From: Lama glama
Lineage: Eukaryota
Direction of reading: 5' to 3'
Length of the DNA stretch: 64,000 nucleotides
NCBI GenBank assembly: GCA_028534125.1
Contig: CM052818.1
Location: 40,550,001 to 40,614,000, forward strand
This document shows positions 38,971-51,269 of the stretch, piece after piece. The notes beneath the pieces were generated by a model. It searched no databases and was not told where the DNA came from. It was given only the letters and a program-made list of their open reading frames with translations. A program made the position numbers and the translations under genes. The stretch's first letter is position 1. Every line of letters starts with the position of its first letter.

Positions 38971-39100
38971 TTCTCTTTTTCATCACCCTGCACTCTCTAT
39001 ATAAGAATGCTATTTTTGTGATATTTTCATTGGACTCAGCAATAACTACATTTGGCTTAATCTGAATTACAGGAGAATTGATGCAATCCAGTTAATGGTG

Positions 39101-40281
39101 AGATGCGAAATCCACAACAAAATATTAGCAAATCAAGTCCAACAATATATAAGAAGAATTATGTACCACAGCCAAGTGGGATTTGGCCCAGGTATGCAAA
39201 ATTGGTTCAACACTTGAAAATCAATTAATATAATCAATAACATCAACAGGCCAAAGAAGAAAAAAAATCACATGATCATGTCAATAGATGTAGAAAAGGT
39301 ATTTGACAAAACTTAACATTCATTCATGATAAAAAATTTTTAGCAAACTAGTGAGAGAGAAGAACAATCTTAATTTGATAAAGCACAATGACAAAAAAAT
39401 ACCTACAGCTTAGAAAACATTTAATGGTGAGAAACTAGAAGCTTTCCTATTAAGCTCAGGAACCAATCAAGGATATCTCCGTTCACCACTCTTTTTCAGC
39501 ATTGTACTGGAAGTCCTAGCTAATGCAATAAAACAAGAAAGGAAAATAAAAGGTATGCAGATTGAGAGGGAAGACATAAAACTCTCATTGTCTGCAAATG
39601 AAATGACAGTCTATGTACAAAATTCCAAAGAATCAACATAACAAATCCTGAAACTAATAAGTGATTTCAGCAAAGTTGTAGGATACAAGGTTAATATTAA
39701 AAAGTCAGTTTTTTCCTATATGCCAGCAATGAACAATTGCAATTTGAAATAAAAACACATCACTTACTTTAGCATCCCCTCAAAATTAAATACCGAAGTA
39801 TAAAACTAACAAAGCATTTTCAATATCTATATGAAGAAAATTATGGAACTCTGTTGAAAGAAATCGAAGAAGAGCTAAATAAGCAGAGATATGTTCCATG
39901 TTCAGGGACAGAAAAATTTGATATTGTCAAGATATGAGTTCTTCCCAGATTGAGCAAGATTAGAGCTTTGATCTCCACATCATATGCCATTAAAGAAGTG
40001 TAAAATTAAAACCTGACTTAGAGATTTACAATAAAGCTACAGTCATCAAGACAGCGTGGTATTGATGAAAGAATAGACAAGTAGATCCATGGAACAAAAG
40101 AGAGCCCCAGAACAGATCCACATAAACATAGTCAACCAATCTTTGACAGAGAGAAAGCAATGAAATGAAGCAAACGTAGACTCTTTAACAAGTGGTACCG
40201 GAACAACTGGACATCCTCATGCGAAAAATGAATCTGGACACAGTCCCTCCCCACTTCACAAAAATGAACTCAAAATGGATT
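39101..40281 (+). mobile_element. Old LINE-1 ORF2 (RT region onward), frameshifted
   Basis: aacaaaatattagcaaat...ccaagtgggattt...cacatgatcatgtcaatagatgtagaaaaggtatttgacaaa...gtactggaagtcctagc...gcaaagttgtaggatacaag...aaaatgaactcaaaatggat. Confidence 0.92.
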
Positions 40282-40284
40282 AGT

Positions 40285-40650
40285 CATTGATTTACTGAAT
40301 TAACACACAACCAGCACTTGATAAATTATCTACCCTGTGCCAGCCACTGTGCTAAGAACTATGAGAGAGATAGAAATGGATTCACCTGTAACTACCCTGC
40401 CATTAAGGACTTCTGCAAAATCAGTAGAAGACTAGAATGTGGTCACAAATAATAATCATACAAAATGCAGAGCGTGAAGATGCACAGACCACTCGGATCG
40501 AAATGCACTAGGGGTTGAAAGGCAGGAGGAGTGACTTTATCGGGGGAGTCAGGACAGGCTCCGTAGAGGAGATGCTATCTAAGAGAGAGCTTGAAAACGA
40601 GCTGAAATTGGACTTTTAGAGATAAGGAAGACAAGGGTTTTCAGACAATA
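40285..40650 (-). mobile_element. L2 LINE 3' fragment
   Basis: ctaccctgtgccagccactgtgctaag...gggagtcaggacaggctccgtagaggagatg...gagcttgaaaa. Confidence 0.75.
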
Positions 40651-42199
40651 TGCTGCTTTCCCTTTTGCTGGTAACCCCGCACCACCAGATTCTAGAGCTA
40701 TAACTTTAAGAGTGTCCTCCTCTCATTCTTCACCCTGAGAAAGCTGAGATCCTGAAAGGGCGATTATCCCAGGCTCACAATGTTAGTGGCAAGTCCAAGC
40801 TGAAAATTCAGACAGCTTGACTCCCGCACCAGTATTCTTCTGCTTCCTCATCAACACTCACTGAACATCAGGCCCCTGCTTAATACCCTATTTAAATATT
40901 CATCTTGCACATGTCTGGCTGGCACAGCTGAATTCCAACAGAATCTGACCACCAGTGATCTCATTTGCATTTGGCATAAACACAGATAGATGGCTGATGC
41001 TGGAGTCGGGTGTAAGTTGAAGTCTGGTGGTCACCTGCATAAATTATTAATAATTCCCTGTGTTTGCTTCAACATTGATCCCGATATTGAGACTAATTCC
41101 ACACCCAGCTATTCCCCCAGTAAATATTCTTTATGTGATTTCACCAATACATTGTGTCACTCGTAAAGCAGCAAAACCAGACACCTAGAAGTTAATTTTA
41201 CACGTTTACTTTAGGACTAAATAATTGGATGGATGGATGAATATTTTGTATCGCATATTAATAATAGAGAACTATGGCCTTGAAAAAAACGAAAGAATCA
41301 ACATCCAAGCTGGGGGTGGGGGTAGGAGGGACTGAGATTTCTGGTATTCTGAAAGGCTTGACAAAAATCCAGCAGATAAGTGGGGGAAAGTGAGGAGCCT
41401 TGGAAATCTGAAGAATTAGGGAAAGGCCTAATTTAAAGAGGAAAAGCAGGCAAGGGTCCAGACCCAAAAGTTCTGGGCATTTGAAGTAGGAAGAAGCAAC
41501 ATGGCAGTTTATCCTTCAAAGACAGATATGAATAAAGGGGAAAAACTTTGTTTCCCAACTTTCTTCTCCGGTTCCTTTTCCCACTCTGGTAGGAGCTACT
41601 GTCATAACTGCAGGTCAGTCTGCATCAACAGTCAGAGTTGGTGGCAGCTCTTTGATTCTCTTTGGCTGTTCCTTCCATTCAAAGGACTACAGTGGGGAAA
41701 AATTCAAGATGCATGTTGAACATGGCAATGAAACAGAGCAGCGGGCCTTGTGGTCTGCTGTACGTAGGCTGAGGTCTGAGCACTTCACTAAAGAGTGTTC
41801 CACACAGTTCAGTTGGGTTTGTCAGAATTCTCTGCTTTGGGGTTTTGTGCCAAATCCCAGCTATATAATAATGTGCTCTTCACTTCTTTTTTCTATAATT
41901 GGCTGTGAGTTTTTCTCCCTCCGGCACCCATGAGGAGAGATGGCTGAGATCCAGGCAGGTATTCCCAGAATCCCAGGTCATTACAATATCAAGCTATTTC
42001 AAAACTCCTGTTTTTTTCCCTAATGCCTGAGAGAATTAGATTTAAACCCCAGCTCTGCTACTTCCTAGAAATAAAAATGTAGGCGGTTTCCTAGTGTGTA
42101 AAATAAGGACCAAAAGAAAAACTAGGTCACAGGGTTGTTTCAAATGAACTAGTAGAAGTGAATCTGGTTTGTAAACTGCAAAGAAATGTGCACATGATC

Positions 42200-42440
42200 A
42201 ATGCAGTAGAAAGAACACTGACTTCGGGGTCAGAGAGGAATTGTTTCTAGTATGCAATCTTCTCCTTAGTAGCTTACATAAACCTGAACAATTTGGTTTA
42301 TTGTTCTGAGTTTCAATGTCCACCTCTGTGAAATGGGTTGACTAATACCATTCTAAAGGCTGTATAAAATTTAGATAAGTTAATGTTTGTAAAGCATTTG
42401 AAACTCATAGCTATTTAATGAATGCTTCTTTTTATTACTG
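42200..42440 (+). mobile_element. MIR SINE
   Basis: gtagaaagaacactgacttcggggtcag...tctgagtttcaatgtccacctctgtgaaatggg...taatgtttgtaaagcatttg. Confidence 0.8.
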
Positions 42441-43419
42441 AATGTGTTATTGTTCTTAATGTTATTTCTGCTAAATTATTATTGAACCAGTAGGGCTGAT
42501 GAACAGAAACAACACAGAGAATATGCTTCTTCGGCAGGGGCTGTCTTTGGAACAGGCTATCTTCTGACTTTGCAGCAGCCTGGGGGCATAGGCCAAGTCA
42601 AGCCCGTATCTACGAGGTATCAAGGGAGAGACACACACTGCAGTCCAGCTCTGCACTAGCATCACCAGAAATCTTTCCTCCTGGTTCAAGGTGTCCCTTG
42701 AAGTCTTGGCATTGAAATGGCCCCTCCCATAGGCACTTTCAGCAAACCATAGGACCTCTGGAGGGCTGGGATCCTCTGTCCCCTCTCCAAAGTACCCATG
42801 CTACTATGCTTGGGCCCTAACTTTGACTCAGAGCCTTCTAGCATTGGCTGAACCACTGCCTCTGGCCAGGCAGTTGGCTCAGTGATGAGAAATGCCCACC
42901 ATGTAAAGTACAGCCGGGGCCAAACAAAGCTAACTTCACTTTTACAGGAATTACACTTCAGTGAAATGAGCTACATGCCTGAGGATCTGACCTCTCATGT
43001 TGGAGGAGCAGAAATTAGTCACCAATCCCAACCCATGATCTGGAGCCCTGATACAGATAAGTAGGCAGACAACGCCTCCTCTGGGTTTGCCTAGTAACCA
43101 GAAAAGATAATTATTACCCAAGAAATGAAATGACTTAGCTCATCTCAGAACGATTTTAGCTGATTAATCAATCACATGGGTTCTAAGTGCTCAACTCAAT
43201 ATTGCAAGGGTAGAAATGCTTGCTTTCAAGGAGCTGACAATCTAGTCTATGTTTTACATGAAAAGTATTCACCAGACAGTGATCTCTGTCTTTTGTTTTT
43301 CTGCTCATGGAATTATTTATTCAAATTTAAACTTTCAGGTAATGTGTTACCTGAACCCTCTACTTTTCCCCATGGAGTCTAAAGGACAGAAATAAATTAT
43401 ACGTAAGTTGTGTGTATTG

Positions 43420-43575
43420 TCTTCCAAGTCAAGGGACTTGGTCCCTGTTCTGTCACTATCTGGGCATGGCACCTAGAGCAAGTTACTTCCTTTCTTTAGG
43501 CTTTATATTCCTTATCTAAAAATTCAGAGAGTTGGATTAGCGGTCTGTAAAGTCCTATGCAGGGCTACAATACTA
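43420..43575 (+). mobile_element. MIR3/MIRc SINE fragment
   Basis: ctgttctgtcacta...gagcaagttacttcc...ccttatctaaaaa...gagttggattag...taaagtcct. Confidence 0.65.
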
Positions 43576-44204
43576 GAATTTTTCCAGCAGAAGCTCTCCT
43601 AGAGAATCAGACTTCTTCCCACCCCTTCCCCATCAAAAGCTAGCTTTCAGACTGGTGAATTAAAGTGATATTTCAAAGAATAATTCTAATTGTGAAGCTA
43701 TGCACTGCTGAGAATTTTAAGAATTAAGGCAGCAATACTAATAAAACCAACGGCATATCATACAAAACCTTTGAACAATGCTTTACCCCCTTCAAGGTAC
43801 TACAGTATTCATTGGCCCATTCTATCCATGATGAACCAGAGTAATATATTTTGTTAGTGACAGGCAGGAGAAGCCAGCCTGCTGCAAATGGAGTCATAAA
43901 ATCGCCATTAAGTGTATATTAAAATTCTAGCTGTGCCAGCTGCAGCAGACAGCCGTAACTGGGCTCTCCTTTCCTTCTGTGCCGCATATCGCCCTCTGCA
44001 TATGAGACCAGACAAAGCAGAGCAGATAAACCCGTAAATCCTCGGATTTTGCTGCAATCCAGCAAGGTCAAAAAAACCCGCTAAGATAAAAACAAAGCTC
44101 TTGATTTTTAGGAAGTCCCTCCCCTTTCTGGGCCTCAGTTTCTCTATTTGTAAATTGAGCAGGGAGTAAACTTCTTAGATTCCTCCTTGTTTTACCATTC
44201 TAAG

Positions 44205-46639
44205 AGCATGGCAAGGGATTTGAGCCACGTATTGGGCATTCCCAGGCCAGGAGTCTGACACTGGGAAGACGAGCCTCCTCAGCTGGTTTGAAAATCAGTG
44301 GGGTTACTGAAGGGCTGTAAGAAACTGAGACTCCCCTCTTAAAGAACACACACACAGTCTTGCTTACTCCCAGTCACAGCAGGGAGGCAGCAGACTGAAA
44401 GCTGCCTGAGGCTCCAGCTGGCTTGCCAGGACCACCTTGGCATGCCCTCTCCACCTGCCCCAGGTTCCTGCTCCAGCCCCTCTTGCTCTGGCACTGCTCC
44501 CCACTAAGGCAGAGGCTGTTGTTGCAAATGAGAGTGTGCACACTTGGAGGGAACAGAGTCAGCCTGGATCCCAGCCCCGCCTCTGACGAGGGCAGAGGCA
44601 GACATTGCCATCTAGAGCATTGCACTTACCCTAAGGGAGCAAAGCCAGCTCCAGGGCAAAGACCTCTATCACCAGATCACCCACCAGAGCAGGTGTTGCA
44701 ACAAGAAAGAAATTACAGGAAAGAAAAAGTCCCACTTGGTAAAGACAAATATATAGTAAAGGTAGTGGATCAACCACTTAAAAAGCTAGTATGAAGGTTA
44801 ACAGACAAACATTGTAAAATCAAACTATAATAAACAGTTGAAGGATAGAAAAGAAAATGTTAAATATAACATCAAAAACACAAAGCGCAGTGAAGGGAGG
44901 AGTGAAGATATAAAGGCTTTTAGAATCAGTTTGAACTTATATTGCTATCAGTTTGAAACAAGTATATGAACTTCATTGTAATCACAAATCAAAAACCTAT
45001 AATAGATACACAAAAACTGGAGAGAAACGATCACAAAAGTAACACCAAAGAAAATCATCCCCCCAAGGGGAGAGACTGAAAGAGGAAGAAAAGAGCGGAG
45101 TTCAACTTCCTCTGAAGAGAAGAGATAAACAAAATTAATAAGCCTTTGGCCAGTCTGCTTAAGAAAAAAAGAAGACCCAAGTAAACAAAATAAGAAATGA
45201 AAGAGATGAAATGACAACTCATGTCACAGAAATGCAAGCAATAATAAGAGAATACTAGAACAATTATATGCCAGCAAATTGGACAACTAGAAGAAACAGA
45301 TACATTCCTGGAAACATGCTCTTCCAAGGCTGAATCAGGAAGAAATACAGAATCTCAAAGGACTGATTCCTAGTAATGAAATTGAATTCATAATCAAAAA
45401 ACTCCCAACAATCAAAAGTCCAGGAGCAAACAGCTTCACAGGGGAATTCTACCCAACATATAAAGAAGAGTTAATATCTAGTCTTCTCAAACTTTAGAGA
45501 AAATTGAAGAGGTGGGCACTCTCTCAAATTTATTCTATGAGGTCAACATTACCCTGATACCAAAACCAGACAAAGAAACTCACTACGAAAAAACAAAGAA
45601 AATTACATATCAATATCCCCAATGAATATGGAGGCAAAAATCCTCAACAAAATATTAGCAAACCAAAGTCAACAATATATAAAAAGGATCATACACTAAC
45701 CATGATCAAGTGGGATATATTCCAGGGGTGAAAGGGTGATTCAATATTCATAAATAATCATTCAATGTGATACACTACATAAACTCAATTGTGAAAATTT
45801 TTAAATAAAAATAGTGAGTGGGCCTTCTTGTCTTATTTCTGATTTTAGAGGAGAGGCTTTCAACTTTCCACAATTGGGTATAATGTCAGCTGTGGGTTTG
45901 TCATAAATGAATTTTATTATGTTGAGGTGTGTTCCCTCTGTACCAACTCTGGCAAGAGTTTTGATCATGAATGGGTGTTGAAATTTCTCTAGTACTTTTT
46001 CTGCATCTATTGAGATTATCATGTGGTTTTTAATCTTCATTTTGTTTATGTAGTGCATCACATTGATTATTTATGAATATTGAACCCAATGTTCATAGCA
46101 GCATTATTTACAATAGCCAAGATATGGAAGCAACCTTAGTGTCCTTAAACAGATCAATGGATAAAGAAGATGTATATGCACAGTGGAATATTATTTGGCC
46201 ATAAAAAAGAATGAAAATTTGTCATTTGCAGCAATGTGAATGGACCTTGAGGATATTTTGCTTACTGAAGTAAATCAGACAGAGAAAGACAAATACTGTA
46301 TATTTGCACTTACATATGGAATCTAAAAAATAAAACAAATGAATGAGTATAACAAAACATAAACAAACTCATAGATACAGAGAACAAACTAGTGGTAACT
46401 GCTGGGAGAGAGGTGGGGGAGGGTCAAGATAGGGAAAGGGGATTAAGAGGTACAAATCACCAGGTATAAAATAAATAAGATACAAGGATGTAATATGTAG
46501 CACAGAGAATATAACCAGTATTTTTAACAACTTTAATTGGAGTATAATCTATAAAAACATCAAATCACTATGTTGCACAGCTGAAACTAATATAACATTG
46601 TAACATCAACTATACTTCAATTTAAAAAAGAAGAAAAAA
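44205..46639 (+). mobile_element. Rearranged LINE-1: 5' UTR piece, inter-ORF piece, ORF2 piece, inverted RT segment (about 45801-46087), 3' UTR and A tail
   Basis: 5'UTR-like ctggtttgaaaatcagtgggg...agggctgtaagaaactgagactcc; forward ORF2 at about 45110-45784; minus ORF 45801-46061 with [11 protein letters not shown]...[10 protein letters not shown] (RT); 3' end aatgttcatagcagc...tcaactatacttcaattt plus A tail. Confidence 0.9.
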
Positions 46640-46869
46640 TTAAAGTCCCTAGATAGCTGGGGGCATTCTCTAAAGTTCTTATTCCCTGGCGGATCTCTAA
46701 TGAAAAAAGTCAGCAACCCAAGCCTGAGCCACAGGGTGGAATGACAGCTGCTGGAGAACTCTTCTGTACCTTCCTCCATTTCCCTGGTTCCAACTCCTCT
46801 GGAATTGTTTGGTCTTGGCATTCACAAGTCTCTCAGTCTCATTCATTCTGAACACGAACTAAAATTGCC

Positions 46870-47043
46870 TTTTTTTTTTAATTGAAATATAGTCAGTTTA
46901 CAAGGTTAATTTCTGGTGCACAGCATTGTGATTCAGTTACACATATATGTATTCCTTTTCATAGTCTTTTTATTATAAGCTATTACAAGATATTGAATAT
47001 GATTCCCTGTGCTATACAGGAGGACCTTATTATTTATCTATTG
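46870..47043 (-). mobile_element. Short lineage-specific L1 3' end with degenerate TSD
   Basis: T tail plus ttgaaatatagtcagtttacaa...ttccctgtgctatacag; flanks aaaattgccttt / agaattggcttt (10/12). Confidence 0.9.
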
Positions 47044-47559
47044 AGAATTGGCTTTCTTACTCTAAGGAGCATTCCCAGGAAAATGCATGCTTTTTTCCTG
47101 GGGATAAACAATGCATAGGAACTCTATTGTGAACAAGGGAAAAGAATCCACACACTTGTTAAAGGAAATATCTATACAGCTGCAATTCTTGAAAAATCTT
47201 CCATCTGCTGGAAAAGGCAGGACCACATGTCATCGTTTGACTTATCTAATTGTGATCACATAACCACAACTTCAGCTTCACTGAGAACTAATTAGTATGA
47301 CACTTCAGTTTGAGACAGTTTTCATGTGTGATCTGTCATCTGATCGAAGGATCTCTCATACAAGAGATAATACCATTTTTTTTTCCACTAATGAGTGATT
47401 TGCTACAAGCCTCTTCTTTAGTAAGTGATTGAACTGACCGAGAATCCAGCTCTTCTAATGCCAGTCACCCACACGTTACTCCATGAGCCTGCAGGTCTTT
47501 ATGCAGGTCCAATGACAGTGCCTACATTGGTGCAGACTGCTGATTTCCTACCAAAGTGG

Positions 47560-47835
47560 CTGTATTACATGAGACTCCAAAGTCTCCTTAAAGGGAGGAT
47601 ATCCACCCCTCTCCTCCCAGCTCACTCATTATGGAGCTTGCTGATGGAGGGTTGCAATCTAGCCATTCCAGTGGAGCCATCAGGAAAGATTCCAACTCCT
47701 CTGTAACCACAGACTCACTGCGCAAGCCTCAGACCACCTACCTCCTGTCTTCCTTCACTTAGAAAATAAATAAATATATATCATGCATAATCCTCTAACT
47801 TGGGGGTAATTGTCATTCACTATTGAATATGAACA
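47560..47835 (+). mobile_element. Possible old MLT1 LTR fragment
   Basis: gcctcagaccacctacctc...gaaaataaataaat...taatcctct...gggggtaattgtca resembles the MLT1K/L 3' end. Confidence 0.35.
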
Positions 47836-48029
47836 TAATTGGTACAGCTAGGTCACAGGAAACTTGCCAGGATCCGAAGGTAATCAGTGTCAATAGGTGT
47901 CACATGTAGATGTAGATACAATGCATTTTTCTCTCATCTTAGTTCTCACTGTGTATGTATATGTGTGGGGATGTGTATTATGTGTATGTGTGTACTTTAG
48001 AAGTTAATATATGGTATTTTATACAACCT

Positions 48030-48125
48030 CACTGTGAGTTCTAAAGTACAGAGAGCTTGTGTTATTATTTTTGTGTTCCAAGTGTCAAGCACATTGCCTG
48101 CAACAAAGCATCTTCATGAATTGAA
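48030..48125 (+). mobile_element. L2 LINE 3' end
   Basis: actgtgagttct...tttgtgttccaagtgtcaagcacattgcctg. Confidence 0.65.
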
Positions 48126-48201
48126 AATGCACCCCAAAGGGGCCATATAAAGTATGAGTTGGCGCAAATGCACGGACTTAAGGGCATTATTGTTATTTTG
48201 A

Positions 48202-48647
48202 TGTTGGTTCACACCCTCGAGAGTTTCCCAGGTGAAATCTGGAAATGAAGGGCATATATGGATGCCCTATCTATGGCGAGCAAGAAAAGATTGAAAAAAC
48301 AGACAGACCAGTCCTGACTGGTAGGTGGCAGGTTTAATAAGCCAGGGAGTTTACATGCAGGGCTGTCTTGGGCGGCTGCAAGACAAGTAGATCTCTGCAC
48401 TCGTCTACCAGAATCTGAAATGTTTACATAGAGGCCTTCACTGGATTCAGTCACATATATCACCCAGATGATCTCAACAACACATTGCTCTCTCTCCAGG
48501 CTGCATCCTTGAAACATCTCCCACTGTGGGAACAGTGGGCAGAACGTACATTGCAAGGACAAAGGAGAGGGTGAAGAGCCTCTAATTGCCAAGGTCCAGC
48601 TCTTGGATCAACTGATGGTTATATTCTATCAATGACCCTCTTCAACA
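48202..48647 (-). mobile_element. Solo LTR (probably ERV1)
   Basis: 446 bp; TGTTG...CAACA ends; flanks ttga/ttta (3/4); ATTAAA on minus strand at 48333-48338. Confidence 0.8.
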
Positions 48648-48944
48648 TTTAGGATACGGCAAATTAAGCCAAAGAGACAATCTAAAATGAACAAAGTGTC
48701 ACATTCTCCATGACTTCTGTAACACGGGAAGACTTGTGACTGCAGGAATAAATGCTATGCATTTAATCTCAATAATTCAACTGATTATATTTCAAATGTA
48801 AGTTAGAAATGTAATGCAAACACAGAGTAATTTCAGATTAGTTAATTCTTTCTTCTTTTTCTTTAAATAGATCCTTCCAGTATTTTTATTGTATATATTT
48901 CAAAAATTGGAATTGTGTTCTAGGTAAATGTTTTCTCTTTCTTT

Positions 48945-49845
48945 TTCTTTCTTTTTTTCTTTTTTTTATTGACATATAGTCAGTTTACAATGTGTCAGTC
49001 TCTGGTGTACAGCATGTTTCACTCATACATATACATACACATATTCCTTTCCATACCCTTTTTCATTATAGGTTACTGCAGGATATTGAATATAGTTCCC
49101 TGTGCTATACAGAAGAAGTTTGTTGTTCATCTATTTTATATATACTAGTTAATATTTGCAAATCTCAAACTCCTAATTTATCCTTTCCCATTCCCATTCC
49201 CCCTGGTAACTGTAAGTTTGTTTACTATATCTGTGAGACTATTTCAGTTTTGTAGATGAGTTCATTAGCATCTTCTTTCTTCTTTTTTTAATGAATGATA
49301 TTATATGATATTTTTCTTTCTCTTTCTGGCTTACTTCACTCAGAATGATGATATCCAGGTCCATCTGTGTTGCTGCAAATGGTGTTATTTTGTTCTTTTT
49401 ATGGCTGAGTAGTATTCCATTGTATAAATATCCCCCAACTTCTTTATCCAGTCATCTGTCAATGGACATTTAGGTTGTTTTCATGTCTTGGTTATTCCAT
49501 GGCGTGCTGCTATGAACATTGGGGTGCATATATCTTTTTAAATTAGAGTTCCCTCTGGATATATGCCCAGGAGTGGGAATGGTGGATCAAATGGTAAGTC
49601 TGTTTTTAGTTTTTTAAGGAATCTCCATTCTATTTCCCATAATGGCTGCACCAAATGACATTCCCACCAGCAGTGTAGGAAGGTTCCCTTTTCTCTACAC
49701 CCTCTCCAGCATTTGTTGTCTGTGGGCTTTTTAATGATGACCATTCTGACTGGTGTGAGATGGTAACTCATTGTAGTTTTGATTTGCATTTTTCTGATAA
49801 TTAGTGATATTGGGCATTTTTTCATGTGCCTATTGGCTATTTGTA
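48945..49845 (-). mobile_element. 5'-truncated lineage-specific LINE-1 (3' UTR plus ORF2 C-terminus)
   Basis: T-rich tail plus ttgacatatagtcagtttacaatg; minus ORF 49538-49825 contains [16 protein letters not shown]...[19 protein letters not shown] (L1 CCHC region); same family as 14883-15852. Confidence 0.95.
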
Positions 49846-50079
49846 GTTACTCTTTCTTCTTAACGCAGATCAGAGGGCTAGCTCTACTGTCCAAAATGCC
49901 ATAAGCCAGGAGAAGGACTCCCTGGTAACCACTTTAGGCCCACAGATGGCAAGGGAATAGATGGAAGTGACAGACACATTTAAGAATGACCCCATGTATA
50001 TAGAAATAACACGCAGATGCCTAAGTGTTAGAATCTAAATTTTGACAGGCCCCCAGGTTTAAAGAAAGCTATATCATAC

Positions 50080-50305
50080 AGCCCTGGACTCGAGGAAATC
50101 AAAATCTAGTGTGGAGATCAACATACAATAAATAATCACACATTGAATTCATAGGAAGCATGGGATACATGGCAAATATATTTTCTTGATAAAGGAAGAG
50201 AAGGTTTCATAAAGAAGCATTATAAATGAGATTTAAATAGTATATAAAGTTTTCCTGATGGACAGAGTAGGGGAGAACATTTCAGAAAGAGAAAACCCTG
50301 CATAT
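50080..50305 (-). mobile_element. L2 LINE fragment
   Basis: ccctggactcgaggaaatcaaaatctagtg...gaaggtttcataaagaag...gaacatttcagaaagagaaaac. Confidence 0.6.
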
Positions 50306-51269
50306 TATGTTTATTTGGGAGAGGATAGGACTACAAATAAGGGATTTGAAATAGCCTTGCATATTTAGGGAAATCACAAATCATCATTAGACCACATGGT
50401 TTTCTCCCTGGCTACCCAGTTATACATCCCATTTGAACTTTTTTTATCTGAGTTAAAACAATCCCCAGAAATCCGTAGGGCTGAGAATTGATGGATTACT
50501 TGAAAATGTTAACCACACACTGATAAAGGGAAGTGAAAACACTCTCAAATGATCATTTCGCATCACAATTTCTTCCGAAACCTATGGTGGAAAAGTACAA
50601 GTAACCGAGAAGCCCTGCTATGTTCACAGAGACCTGATTTTCTTCCCCTTTTCAGAAGTTTATGATGTATTATTCTTTCTATTCCTAAGGTTTCTCAGGC
50701 TGATAGAGTCAAGAAAAGCTAAATGCCAGGAGTCCAGAACAAACAGGGAAATGGCACCCTCAGAAAACAGTATTTACTTGTTAACTTTTTGATAAGCAAT
50801 TGCTTTATTTTAGACTCTCAGTGGCATGACATTTTTAAAACTGCTGTCCTTTAGAATTTTGAAAAAAGAAAGCTTATTTACATGTTACAACAGATTCAAA
50901 GACAGAAGAAATAATAGATAAGTTCACCAAAGGCACCCTGAGGAGAATGTGAAATCTAATAAGTAGCCAGGAGAATCCCTCACGTTGACATCAATGACTT
51001 TTCCCAACTCTGTTTATTCCACTCTACACTCTGAATACAGTATGAATCTTTCAACCTTCAGGTCTCCAAACTTGAATTTTAAACATTAGTCTACTAAGAT
51101 TTTTCAATATAAAATACTGACCAAAAAAATGAGTACACAAGCACTTGAGAAGGATGGAAAGTTATGGGAAGAAATCTAATTTTTTCCTACTCCTTACAGA
51201 TTTGAGGAGTGTATACAGAAAAACGGTAAAAGAGAAAGAGTTCTGAGAAAACATCACGGTGTAGTCGCC

